A stretch of 64,000 bases of DNA, taken from a bacterium. Lineage in GTDB: Bacteria; UBA8248; JACPRG01; G963555815. The translations under genes were made by a program, and so were the position numbers. The notes under the pieces were generated by a model. It made no database searches and was not told the origin of the DNA. It was given only the letters and a program-made list of their open reading frames with translations. How positions within the stretch are numbered: position 1 is the stretch's first letter; every line of letters begins with the position of its first letter. Below are positions 9,780-19,070 of this stretch, piece by piece. The stretch is from assembly GCA_963555815.3 (NCBI GenBank), contig CAUVWX020000001.1:864001-928000 (forward strand). The letters run 5' to 3'.

Positions 9780-11249
9780 TTAGAGGTGCCTCTTCAAAAC
9801 CTTGCCAAATTGATTTCGCGGGATGGATTCGACTAGCTCGACCTGACGGATCTTTTTATATCCCGAGACCCTCTCTGCAATATAAGCCATGATTTCATCT
9901 GGCGTCAGGTGGTTCCCCTCCTTCAAGACCACGTAGGCCTTGGGGATCTCTCCCGCCTTGGGGTCGGGCTTTCCCACCACGGCGCAGTCTGAGATCGCCG
10001 GGTGGCCGAGCAAGAGATCCTCAAGCTCCCCTGGTGAGATCGCAAAGCCCTTGTATTTAATGATCTCTTTCTTTCGCGCGACGATCTGGATTCTTTCTTT
10101 TTCGTCCAGGAAGCCGATGTCTCCCGTGTGGAGCCAGCCCCCCCGAAGCACCTTCGCCGTCTCCTCGGGGTCCTGCCAGTAGCCCTTCATGACCTGGGGG
10201 CCCCGGATCACGAGCTCCCCGGTCTTGCCCGGCGGGAGCTCGAGTTCTCCGGTCTCCAGATCTACGATCTTGCGCTCCTCCCCGGGCACGAAGGAGCCGG
10301 AGATGGGGGCCTCGGTCATGCCGTAGCCGTTGGTGACACGAACGCCCGTTAAATTTTTTACCTTGCTCTCGATCTCCTTCGGCAGGGGCGCCCCGCCGCT
10401 GTTGATGTACCGGATCGAAGAGAGATCGAAATCTCCAAGACCGGGATAGGCCGCCATTTCTAAGAGGACAGAGGTGGTGGCGTAATAGAGGGTGACGCGG
10501 TGTTGGGCTGTGAGTTTTAGAGATTCTTCGAGATTAAAACGTTCCATCAGGACTTGTGTTGCCCCAGTCGCGATGGCCCCGCCCATGAGCATGAAACCGT
10601 AGACGTGCACCAGAGGCACAAAGAGCAGCGACACGTCTTTCTCTGTCACTTTTCCTGCGTGGAGGTATTGATGATGGCTGCACAAAAGATTCTGATGGGT
10701 CAACATCACACCCTTTGGCCTTCCGGTTGTCCCGCTGGAGTAGGGGAGGGCGGCGAGATCCTCTTCGATACCAATGGGCGGAGGGGGGGGGAGATCAGAT
10801 GAAACTGAAAGGGAGTCCCAGAAGAGGGACCCTTCCTGGTCCTCCAGCGACACCACGTGCTGAAGCTCCGGGATTTTTGACCGCAGGCCTGAGATACTTT
10901 TGGTGTCTCTTCCCTGAACTAAAACAATCTTGGCCCCGGAATCCGCCATCTGATGGCTTGCTTCATCTAGCTTGTAGGAAGGATTGACCGGGACGACGAC
11001 GGCCCCTCGCTTCAGGATGCCGAAGGTGCTGACCAAAAATTCCGGCCGGTTGAATATAGAGAGGACCACGCGGTCCCCTTTTTGGACGCCTAGCTCGGCC
11101 AGGGCCGAGGCGAGACGATTCGATTCCTCTTCCAGCCAGGCGAAGGTGAAAGACTTTCGTTGGAAGATAACGGCGGGCTTTTCAGGGAATTTTTCGGCGC
11201 TCCGCCTTAAAAGCTCGAAATAGGGAACGCGGGGGAAATCGAAACCCAT
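9780..11249 (-). CDS. AMP-binding acyl-CoA synthetase (long-chain/4CL-like)
   Basis: YSSGTTGRPKG, SGGAP, GYGMTE, GWLHTGDIG, RKKEIIK, PRNQFGKVLK. Confidence 0.92.
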   Translation of the reverse strand: MGFDFPRVPYFELLRRSAEKFPEKPAVIFQRKSFTFAWLEEESNRLASALAELGVQKGDRVVLSIFNRPEFLVSTFGILKRGAVVVPVNPSYKLDEASHQMADSGAKIVLVQGRDTKSISGLRSKIPELQHVVSLEDQEGSLFWDSLSVSSDLPPPPPIGIEEDLAALPYSSGTTGRPKGVMLTHQNLLCSHHQYLHAGKVTEKDVSLLFVPLVHVYGFMLMGGAIATGATQVLMERFNLEESLKLTAQHRVTLYYATTSVLLEMAAYPGLGDFDLSSIRYINSGGAPLPKEIESKVKNLTGVRVTNGYGMTEAPISGSFVPGEERKIVDLETGELELPPGKTGELVIRGPQVMKGYWQDPEETAKVLRGGWLHTGDIGFLDEKERIQIVARKKEIIKYKGFAISPGELEDLLLGHPAISDCAVVGKPDPKAGEIPKAYVVLKEGNHLTPDEIMAYIAERVSGYKKIRQVELVESIPRNQFGKVLKRHL

Positions 11250-11252
11250 CCC

Positions 11253-11705
11253 TCACCTCCCAAGTGCCCGGCGGATCTCGTCGTCGATCCTGCGAGAGAC
11301 GTCCTGGTCGCCGAAGGTGCCGACGCGAATCGCGACGTGCGTGTTCTCGTCTCCGCGAGCCGAGAGTTTGACGGTAATCTTGGTGTCGTCGGTGCGGCGC
11401 GCCTTAATAGTGGCCCCAAGCTTGTCTTTATTTCTGTCGATCAGGACAAGCTCCAGGCGCTCTAGGGCGGCGATGGAGGCGTTGTAAGTCTTGTCGAGCC
11501 CGACCGGATAGTCCTGCTCGAGCTGTCCCTTGACGTAAGAATAAGTGGTGGCGCTGCTTCCCGCCCCGACGACGAGGGCCACATAGCCGACAAGCAAGAG
11601 GGCGAACAAACTAAATGCGAGTGCAGGCAGAAACCGACCTGCTCGGCTTTTAAGCCTCGGAATTATCCAATTTTCTGTCATCACCTTCTCCTCTTCGGTG
11701 TCCAT
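11253..11705 (-). CDS. DUF3568-like exported protein (paralog 1)
   Basis: Hydrophobic N-terminus, YSYVKGQL, C-terminal THVAIRVGTFGDQDVSRRI; resembles 48712..49182. Confidence 0.65.
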   Translation of the reverse strand: MDTEEEKVMTENWIIPRLKSRAGRFLPALAFSLFALLLVGYVALVVGAGSSATTYSYVKGQLEQDYPVGLDKTYNASIAALERLELVLIDRNKDKLGATIKARRTDDTKITVKLSARGDENTHVAIRVGTFGDQDVSRRIDDEIRRALGR

Positions 11706-11719
11706 TTCTTGAAGGGTAA

Positions 11720-14700
11720 TTATACCTGATGGCGGGCCTCTGAGCAGAGATGGGGGAAGGGGCAGGCGGGGCAGTTTTGGGTGTCCGGCCCAAAACCTCC
11801 CGCTTGGATCCCTCTTGAGGTTTCGTCGAGCTCCTGGGCGATTCGGGTGAGAAAATTTTTGTCCACCTCAAAGCGGTGGGTCACACCGGGGCGCATGAAA
11901 TGAATCATTCCCGCCGAAGGCAAAAAATTCATCTCCTTCAAGGCGAGGGCATAGAGCCCCACCTGAAATTCGTATCGTCTCGCAAGGCGCGCCACCTCAT
12001 CCGCTGTATCAGCGCGATCCGTCTTGAAGTCGACGATCCGAAAACTTCTGTTTCCTTCCTGGATGAGCCGGTCGATCCTTCCGTGGATTATTAGTCCGTC
12101 TCGCTCCAGGACAAAGGGGACCTCGGCGAGGCTTTCAACCCTCTCCAACTCTTGGGCCAACTCCGTCCCCCGAAATTCTTTTAAGAGTTTTAGAGATTCC
12201 GCGTAAGCCGCTCTCTCGTTCTCTATCGGATGGGGGATATCCCGTATCGCCTCAAAAGGTCCCCTTTTCCAACGTTCGAGGAAGAGGTGGACCCACTTCC
12301 CGACCTCTCGGCCCCGCGGTCCTTCCGTGTCAGGCAGGGTCGATCCCTCCGGCGCCCGTTGGGTCTCCTTGAGCCCAAGAAGAGACTCGTAATAAAAAAG
12401 CCTCGGACACGTCCGATATTGCTGGAGATCTGTCACGGTGTGATGCCTGGAGGAGACGGGCGGAATGGGTTCAAGTAGCTGGAGGGAAAAAGGAGGTTTG
12501 AGTGCTTCTTCTTCGCCACAAAAATCTCTTTTTAAGCGTGAGAGGATTTCCTGAATACCTTTAGTTCTTTGAGGCTGAGGCGGTTTGTCCCCCTTCACCA
12601 CCTTCAGCCGAAATTCCCCGTTCTCGCCAAAGGGGGTCTCCCAATCCGGAAAAGCCGCCTGAAGGAGGGCCATCCAGCTTCCCCTTTTCGCTTCCTCGGT
12701 ATTGGGGGCTGAGAGGGCCAGATGGTCCCGGGCGCGGGTCGCCGCCACATAGAACAACCTTTGAGACTCCGAAAGTCTCCTCTTGTCCTCGGCCCAGGCG
12801 ATGACGTTTCGAAGGGCGGTGGGTTTCCACTCTCCATTTTCATCCGCCAGCTGAAATCCGATTCCCCACTGCCGGTCCACGAGGACGGAGGGGGCGCGTC
12901 CCCTGGGGTCCTCGCCGAGGTCCGGGAGTATGACGACGGGAAATTCGAGGCCCTTCGACGTGTGGACCGTCATGAGGCGCACCCTCTGCGAAGCGTCACC
13001 GATCGCGGTCTGGACCCTTTCGGCCTCCCCCCGGGCCATCTCATCGAAGAAGGGCAAAAAGTCGCGCCAGGTGTTCCCTTCTTCTTCAAACTGGATGGCC
13101 ATGAGGCGCAAGAATTTTAGGTGGCTGAGGGCCTGTTGCCCCGAAGGTTGGGAGGCCACGAAGGTCTTGTAGCCCGAGCGGTCCCAGAGGGTTTCGAGGG
13201 CCCGCCCGAGATTTTCGCGTTCCAGTTGCTCGCAAAAGTCTTCTTGCCATTCGAGGAAACGCCCGAGGGCCTCGCGGTCGTCATCGTCCAGGGAGACCCT
13301 GTCGTAAGAGTGGATGGCCTCAGAGAGGGGGGCTTCTCGCGTGAGGAGGAAGAGGGTGTTGTCCGTAAGAGAGACCAGGGGGGAGCGGAGAAGAGCGGCC
13401 AGGGCCATCTCGTCCGTCTGGGTTTCGGCCCACCGAAGCGCGCTCAGCGTGTCCACGATCTCAGGGCGGCGATAAAAGCCCCTTCCCGTGTGAGACTCAA
13501 AGGGGATCCCCCTCCGTTGGAGCGCCCTCTCGTAGACGGCGAGGTGCGTCGCCGCTCTGAGAAGGATGGCGATGTCTCCGAAGGCGGCCGGACGTGGTTC
13601 GACCTTTTCGGAGTCTGCCCCCCCGCCTCCGTCGAAGACATAGAGAGGGTCATCTCCCACCCAGGCGAGGATCCGCTCGGCGATGAGCTCGGCCTCAGTC
13701 TCAAGAGTTTTTGTCCTAGAGGCGTTTTCTTGAGAGGGTGCGCCATTCCGGGAGAGAAGAAGCTCTATTCCTCCAGGGGCCTCGCTTCTCACACCTCGAA
13801 GGGGGCCAAAACCTTCAGTCGCAGATGAGGCCTCTTTTTTCTTCGCCCCGCCGAAGACATGGTTCACCAGGGCCAGGATGGCGGGGAGGCTCCTTCGATT
13901 TTCAGACAGCGTCTTGTGCCCTGTCTGCGCGCTGTCCGGGGACCAACGGCGGCAGACCTCTTTGAAGAGCCCGACGTCGGCCCCTCGGAAACCGTAGATC
14001 GCCTGCCGGGGATCCCCCACCAGGAACTGTGCCCTGTCCTTTTTTATCGCATCCTGTCGCAGGGGGTCGAAGAGGAGGTCCAGGATCTCTTTCTGCAAAG
14101 GGTCCGTATCCTGAAATTCATCGACGAGTACCTTTTGAAAGCGCCTCTGAAGCTCTCTTCTGGCGCTCGGGTTTTGCTTCAGGAGGTTGAGCGTCTTTGA
14201 GAGGAGGTCATCGTAATCCACCGCCCCCTCTTCTCCCTTCAGCTCCTCGTAAGCGCGAACCGTCTCTCCATAGAGACGGCCAAGGGCCGAGGCCACCCCG
14301 GAGGCCCTCTCGTCGAGGACGCCGAGGGTGACACCCAGGACTTCCTTGTAGCGCTTGAAGGTCTCTTGCAGGCGCTTCAGAATTTGCCGAAACTGCGACA
14401 GCTCCCCTTCATCCCAGTTGGCCTTCTGACCCGTCGCCCTGTCGGAAAGAGCTTTTAGGAGGTCCTGGAAAACGGGGAGGAGGGAGCCGGGCGTCGGGCC
14501 TTCCACCGCTTCTTTGAGCTTCCTCGCAGTGTCGAGAATGGAGCGGCGTCTTTGTTCACCCGGGTCAAGGGCCTTCCCCCCTTGGAGAGATTTCAACTCC
14601 AAAAGGGCCCTGGTCCAGGGCGGTTCGACCAGAAATTCCAATAGGGCCGCCCGCCGGGCCTTTTCACATGCCTTCCCCCATTCCCCCAGAATGGCCTTGC

Positions 14701-15265
14701 GGCTGAGGCCTGACCACCGCGACAGGGTGTGGTCTGCATCGAGGCGTCTTGTCAGGAGGTGGCCGAGAAGCTGCCGAAGGCGAGAGAGGGGGAACTCGGA
14801 GAGAAGCGTTGAGAGGTGGGGCGGCAGGGGGTCCTTCTCCAGAAGGAGGGACTGGTCAATCGCCTTTTGCCGAAGGCGTTCAGCCCTGACCTCGTCGAGG
14901 ACCTGAAATTTAGGGTCAATCCCCACCTCCAAGGCGTAGTCCCGAAGGACCTCGGCGCAAAACCCGTGGATCGTCCCGATGTGAGACCGGTCCAGAGACC
15001 GGTTGAGCCGGTCCCAATGGGTTTCCTCCCACTCCTCACGGCGGGATTCAAGGCGGGCGCGGATCCGGTCCTGCATCTCCTGGGAAGCCCGCTCCGTGAA
15101 GGTGATGGCGAGGAGGGACTCGGCCCGAGCCTCCTTGGCCACCAGATGGTCGAGGTATTTTTCGACGAGGACGGTTGTCTTTCCTGTCCCCGCTCCTGCG
15201 GAGACAATGAGGTGGGACTGAGGGGCCTGGACGGCCCTCTTCTGCTCAGAGGTGAGCTTTCTCAC
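11720..15265 (-). CDS. addA: AddA-type UvrD helicase with C-terminal PD-(D/E)XK nuclease
   Basis: GTG at 15265 overlaps the addB stop (GTGA); LTSEQ, AGAGTGKT, ITFT, TIHGFC, VDEFQDT, VGDPRQAIYGFRGAD, MTVHTSKGLEF, YVAATRA; nuclease GRIDRL/IVDFKT/Q..Y. Confidence 0.9.
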   Translation of the reverse strand: MRKLTSEQKRAVQAPQSHLIVSAGAGTGKTTVLVEKYLDHLVAKEARAESLLAITFTERASQEMQDRIRARLESRREEWEETHWDRLNRSLDRSHIGTIHGFCAEVLRDYALEVGIDPKFQVLDEVRAERLRQKAIDQSLLLEKDPLPPHLSTLLSEFPLSRLRQLLGHLLTRRLDADHTLSRWSGLSRKAILGEWGKACEKARRAALLEFLVEPPWTRALLELKSLQGGKALDPGEQRRRSILDTARKLKEAVEGPTPGSLLPVFQDLLKALSDRATGQKANWDEGELSQFRQILKRLQETFKRYKEVLGVTLGVLDERASGVASALGRLYGETVRAYEELKGEEGAVDYDDLLSKTLNLLKQNPSARRELQRRFQKVLVDEFQDTDPLQKEILDLLFDPLRQDAIKKDRAQFLVGDPRQAIYGFRGADVGLFKEVCRRWSPDSAQTGHKTLSENRRSLPAILALVNHVFGGAKKKEASSATEGFGPLRGVRSEAPGGIELLLSRNGAPSQENASRTKTLETEAELIAERILAWVGDDPLYVFDGGGGADSEKVEPRPAAFGDIAILLRAATHLAVYERALQRRGIPFESHTGRGFYRRPEIVDTLSALRWAETQTDEMALAALLRSPLVSLTDNTLFLLTREAPLSEAIHSYDRVSLDDDDREALGRFLEWQEDFCEQLERENLGRALETLWDRSGYKTFVASQPSGQQALSHLKFLRLMAIQFEEEGNTWRDFLPFFDEMARGEAERVQTAIGDASQRVRLMTVHTSKGLEFPVVILPDLGEDPRGRAPSVLVDRQWGIGFQLADENGEWKPTALRNVIAWAEDKRRLSESQRLFYVAATRARDHLALSAPNTEEAKRGSWMALLQAAFPDWETPFGENGEFRLKVVKGDKPPQPQRTKGIQEILSRLKRDFCGEEEALKPPFSLQLLEPIPPVSSRHHTVTDLQQYRTCPRLFYYESLLGLKETQRAPEGSTLPDTEGPRGREVGKWVHLFLERWKRGPFEAIRDIPHPIENERAAYAESLKLLKEFRGTELAQELERVESLAEVPFVLERDGLIIHGRIDRLIQEGNRSFRIVDFKTDRADTADEVARLARRYEFQVGLYALALKEMNFLPSAGMIHFMRPGVTHRFEVDKNFLTRIAQELDETSRGIQAGGFGPDTQNCPACPFPHLCSEARHQV

Positions 15266-18200
15266 GCTGAACTTCCCCCACTTCCCCCAGAGGGTGTCGG
15301 GTCCACCTTGCGGCAGATGGGACGATATTGACATGTGGAAGAGCAGGACCGGGGAGAGACGGGGAACTCGCCGGCCTGAATGGCAGATGCATAGGTCTTC
15401 AGATGCTCCTCCACCTGAGGAAGAAGGGTTTCCCATGCGATGCTCCTCCCCCCGCCCCCCTCGGTCACATGTCCACTGCGCTTCAACGGCTCAAATCTCA
15501 GGTAGTATCCCTCGCTGATCTTCAGGTTCGGGAAGAAGAGACGCTGGGCCGCCAAGAGATAGAGGGAAATTTGGAAGTCCACCCCGTCCCGGATGTCTCG
15601 GGGCCCTGGGGCCCCTTTTCCCGTTTTGTAGTCCATGACGCTGAAGGACTGATCGTCTCCGAGGTCGATTCGGTCGATCTTCCCCTCCACCTCAAGGGGG
15701 GGGGGACCGGAGAAAAAGAGGGGGGCTGTGGTCGACAGGGCGTCTTCTCCGCCCTCAAGGCCGAAGGCCACTTCAAAATGGCTTGGGCTCCCGCCTCGGA
15801 AGTTCCCCCTCAGTGTCTCGGAGAGAAGCCTTTCCAATCCCCTGAGGATTCTTGCCTTTTCGGTCTTCCAGATCCCCGGATAAAGCGGGGGCCACTGCTT
15901 CTCCCTCCTGGAAAAATGAGCCCCAGCCACCCGGCTAAGGAGAGTGAGGGCCTCTTTTTCGTCCACCCCGGGCCAAGTCCCTCCCCGCTCCTGGTGAAGC
16001 TGGCCAAGGCCCCTGAAGGTTTCCGTCAGGATCCGGTGAAGCAGCCGTCCCCGTTCAGCGGGGAGCACTTCCTCATCAAAGGGCTCGGCGGGCTCAAGGC
16101 CGAGGGCATAGCGGGCCATGAATTTGAAGGGACACTCGCCGAAGGTGTTGAGCTGGGTGATGCTGAGACGAAGGGTTTTTGTCTGACCAAAAAGTTCTGC
16201 CACCAACGGCCAAGCGATGAGACCGTTTGGAAGAGAGGGCGTCTGTGCGTCCAGGCGAAGTGCCTCCATGGAGATCGCCCGCTCAACCTGGCGAAGGAGA
16301 GCGCTCTCTGTCTTTTCCAGGAACCTGTAACCCCAGAGGGCCATGGAGGTTTTTAGTGCTGCAGGGGAAAACGGCTCCTTCCGCCCCTCAGGCGCTGAGG
16401 CCATCGCTGAAATCTCGGTCAAGACCCGCTCCCTCAACTCGGCGCGGCTGGCGGGCCCTCGGCTCCACGGCATTTCAGACACTTCGGCTTCAGGGGAAAG
16501 GCGTCTCGCGGCCTCGACGAAGCGCGAGAGTGGTCTTTCCCTCCTTCGAAAATCCCTTCTCGGATAAGAGAGGAAGAGGAAGCGGGAGGCCCGTGTGGCG
16601 GCCAGGTAGAAGAGGAGATCCTCCTCGGGAAGTTTTTGCCCTTTTCTCACCAGAGGTTTTTCGGGCACATGACGGGAGAGTGTCACCCGGGCCCCGTCCC
16701 CGGCCAATGGGTTCACCCACCCAGGTGAGGGGAATTCATTGGCGGTGAGCCCACCGATGAATACAGCGTCAAAATGAAGGCCCCTTGTCGTATTCACGTC
16801 TAGCAGGGAAACCCCATCCCCTGTCCCCAGCCGGTCCGGGTAGGTGGCCTCCTCGAGGGCCAGGCGCAAGAGGGAGGCAAAGGCACCCAGAGAGAGGGGG
16901 GCCGCCTTCCGATCTCCATCCAGGTTTTTGATCTCCTCATGGGCCCGAAAAAGATTTTCAAGGGCTCGACGAAGGGCCTCCGAGGCTCTCTGGTCCCGAG
17001 CTGCCCATTGATGACTGGCACTCCCTAGGGGAGTCCTTTCGAGAATTTTGGCTTGAAAGGGCGGATCTTCCAGAATCCCTATCCTCTCGCAGGCGGTGAG
17101 GAGCCCTTGACACATGTCCGAAGGGGTTCCCCGATGGGGAATTTCACGGGCCGCGCCAAAAAGTTCGCCCACCGCTCCAAGGGCTTGGGATACTTCCTTA
17201 AGGGACACTTTTTGCCCTTCTGGGTCCAAGGGTTTCTTTTTTTCGGCCAGGGAACGGAGCCGGGCCTCTATGTGCTTTCTTTCCCCTTTGCACCTTGCCT
17301 CCTCAAAGAGACGGGAGAGGGTCCGGGGGCTCAGGCCACGCCTTCTGAGGAGGGAGAGATGGGGGTTTGAGAGAAAGAGGAGTGTGTCATGAGCGGGAAA
17401 GCCCTCTCTCACCAGGCGAAGGAATCTCAGAAGGGCCTTCGCCCGGGGATGACGCATCAGGTGCACCTCATCCGGGGGTCTCAGGGGGATGCCAAAATCC
17501 CTGAAAACCTGCTCGACGGGGCTTCGGTAGTCTTCCAGCCTTCGGAAGAGGACAGCAATCTGTCGGGGAAGGAGGCCCCCTTCCAGGATGAGTCTTTTGA
17601 CCCGCCGTGCGATCCCCTCGACCTCCTGCCAGGCGTCAGCCGCTGGATAGACCTCGACAGGCAGGGACGCGCCTGCGCCTTGAGCGCTGAAGGAGGGCGC
17701 GAGAAGCGAGCGCTCGAACATCCGAAGGGGATAATTTTTCGCGGCTGCATCCACCTCAAGACAGCGCACCTGCGCCGCGGCCCCTCGAAGCCTTTCGAGG
17801 GTGTGGTCGGCCATCTCAAAGACCTCGGGCCTCCCCTCTTCAAAGGGGAGGGTGACCACTCCCTGCGGGACTTCTTGGAGGAGATGCTGAACGAGGGAGA
17901 GCTGAAGTGGATTGAAATCGTAAAATCCGTCGATGAAGAAAAACCCGGCTTCCCGAAGACCGCCCGGCCACCCTTCTCGGCTCAGGCGAGAGGCCTCGAC
18001 GAAGAGGTCCTCGGTGTCCCACAGCCCTGCCCGATCTTTGTCCTTTTCGTATTGGCGGAAGACTTGTCTCACGTCTGCCCAGAGGGGATCTTGGGTGGGG
18101 AGCTCCTCTGGGTCGATGAGGTGCTCTTTAAGCTCGGTGATCAGGTCCCCGAGAAGGGAAATGAAGCCCGGCTTCTCCGTCAGGGGCAGCAGCCTGGAGA

Positions 18201-18525
18201 AGCTTTTCCTCAGTTCTCCGACGGCCCTTTGAAGAAAGAGGGTTCGGCTAAGGACTGAAAGCTCGTGTTTGATACCGTTCCCTCTGGCGGTGGGTTCGGA
18301 GAGGGCGCGGGAGATATCGAGAAGGGTATAAAAGCGGGGTTGGATGAGGCCCCGAAAAGGGCCGGCCGCGAGGAGGCGGTCCGTGAAGGCTTCGATGGCG
18401 CGGTTTGATGGGAGGATGACGATGTGGGGGGTGAAAGGGTCGACGCGCAGAAGATCGGCGAGGGTCTCCAGGACGGCTTCTGTCTTCCCGCTTCGAGCCG
18501 GACCTAAGATGAGCTCAAAGGCCAT
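15262..18525 (-). CDS. addB: AddB-type degenerate helicase plus PD-(D/E)XK nuclease subunit
   Basis: GPARSGKT, IDGFYDFNPLQ, LFYLAATRA, LSITQLNTFGECPFKF, GKIDRID, MDYKTG, FQISLY, CSSTCQYRPIC. Confidence 0.9.
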   Translation of the reverse strand: MAFELILGPARSGKTEAVLETLADLLRVDPFTPHIVILPSNRAIEAFTDRLLAAGPFRGLIQPRFYTLLDISRALSEPTARGNGIKHELSVLSRTLFLQRAVGELRKSFSRLLPLTEKPGFISLLGDLITELKEHLIDPEELPTQDPLWADVRQVFRQYEKDKDRAGLWDTEDLFVEASRLSREGWPGGLREAGFFFIDGFYDFNPLQLSLVQHLLQEVPQGVVTLPFEEGRPEVFEMADHTLERLRGAAAQVRCLEVDAAAKNYPLRMFERSLLAPSFSAQGAGASLPVEVYPAADAWQEVEGIARRVKRLILEGGLLPRQIAVLFRRLEDYRSPVEQVFRDFGIPLRPPDEVHLMRHPRAKALLRFLRLVREGFPAHDTLLFLSNPHLSLLRRRGLSPRTLSRLFEEARCKGERKHIEARLRSLAEKKKPLDPEGQKVSLKEVSQALGAVGELFGAAREIPHRGTPSDMCQGLLTACERIGILEDPPFQAKILERTPLGSASHQWAARDQRASEALRRALENLFRAHEEIKNLDGDRKAAPLSLGAFASLLRLALEEATYPDRLGTGDGVSLLDVNTTRGLHFDAVFIGGLTANEFPSPGWVNPLAGDGARVTLSRHVPEKPLVRKGQKLPEEDLLFYLAATRASRFLFLSYPRRDFRRRERPLSRFVEAARRLSPEAEVSEMPWSRGPASRAELRERVLTEISAMASAPEGRKEPFSPAALKTSMALWGYRFLEKTESALLRQVERAISMEALRLDAQTPSLPNGLIAWPLVAELFGQTKTLRLSITQLNTFGECPFKFMARYALGLEPAEPFDEEVLPAERGRLLHRILTETFRGLGQLHQERGGTWPGVDEKEALTLLSRVAGAHFSRREKQWPPLYPGIWKTEKARILRGLERLLSETLRGNFRGGSPSHFEVAFGLEGGEDALSTTAPLFFSGPPPLEVEGKIDRIDLGDDQSFSVMDYKTGKGAPGPRDIRDGVDFQISLYLLAAQRLFFPNLKISEGYYLRFEPLKRSGHVTEGGGGRSIAWETLLPQVEEHLKTYASAIQAGEFPVSPRSCSSTCQYRPICRKVDPTPSGGSGGSSA

Positions 18526-18643
18526 CTTGGGATCTCCAGGAGCACCCTTCTTTGTCCTCAGGTGGTGGCGCCTGGGATGTGAATGGCAACTAAAGCTGAA
18601 GAGGGTGGGCGGTGCCCTGAAGGAGCCTCCCCTGGCTCACGGG

Positions 18644-18826
18644 CTAACCCCCTTCGCCTCCGACCTCGGCCTCAAAGGCGCCGTTAAACTTGAGGGTCTC
18701 CCAATCGAGCCCTTCCAGCAGTCTGTCCTGACTTAGGGACTGGGCGCGCTTTCCAGCCTCCTCCGGGTTGTCGGCCTCCACCGACACCTTGCCGACCACT
18801 GTGTATTCCACCTCATAGTTTCTCAT
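18644..18826 (-). CDS. Small acidic hypothetical protein (60 aa)
   Basis: ATG at 18826 after a GAAGGGGG SD-like stretch; MRNYEVEYTVVGKVSVEADNPEEAGKRA...; co-oriented upstream of addB. Confidence 0.6.
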   Translation of the reverse strand: MRNYEVEYTVVGKVSVEADNPEEAGKRAQSLSQDRLLEGLDWETLKFNGAFEAEVGGEGG

Positions 18827-19070
18827 CGTTACCCCCTTCAGCCCACTCGGACCACGTGGAGGGTCTTCGGACATCTCACTTCTTGCGCTCATGGATCAGT
18901 ATAGTCTTCTCCCGCCGACCCGGCCAGAGGGAGGTATGACCGGATCTCGTGAGGCCGGGTTCATTGACAGTCAGCGGACCTGCGTGCTACGGTTTTGCAT
19001 CCCTCGCAGAGGGGTAGTCTTCTCGCTGAGGCGGGACAGCCAGCTAGCCCCTTGGGGCAGGGGAGAGGCA

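Noticed and set aside
15266..15436. N-terminal extension of AddA in the ORF track
   Set aside because: It overlaps the addB 3' end; GTG at 15265 in a GTGA overlap gives the typical xLTxEQ start.
15696..15705. Other long G runs (G10 here, G9 at 10783-10791, G8 at 33812-33819) as phase-variable sites
   Set aside because: All are in frame in intact genes and encode Pro/Gly runs.
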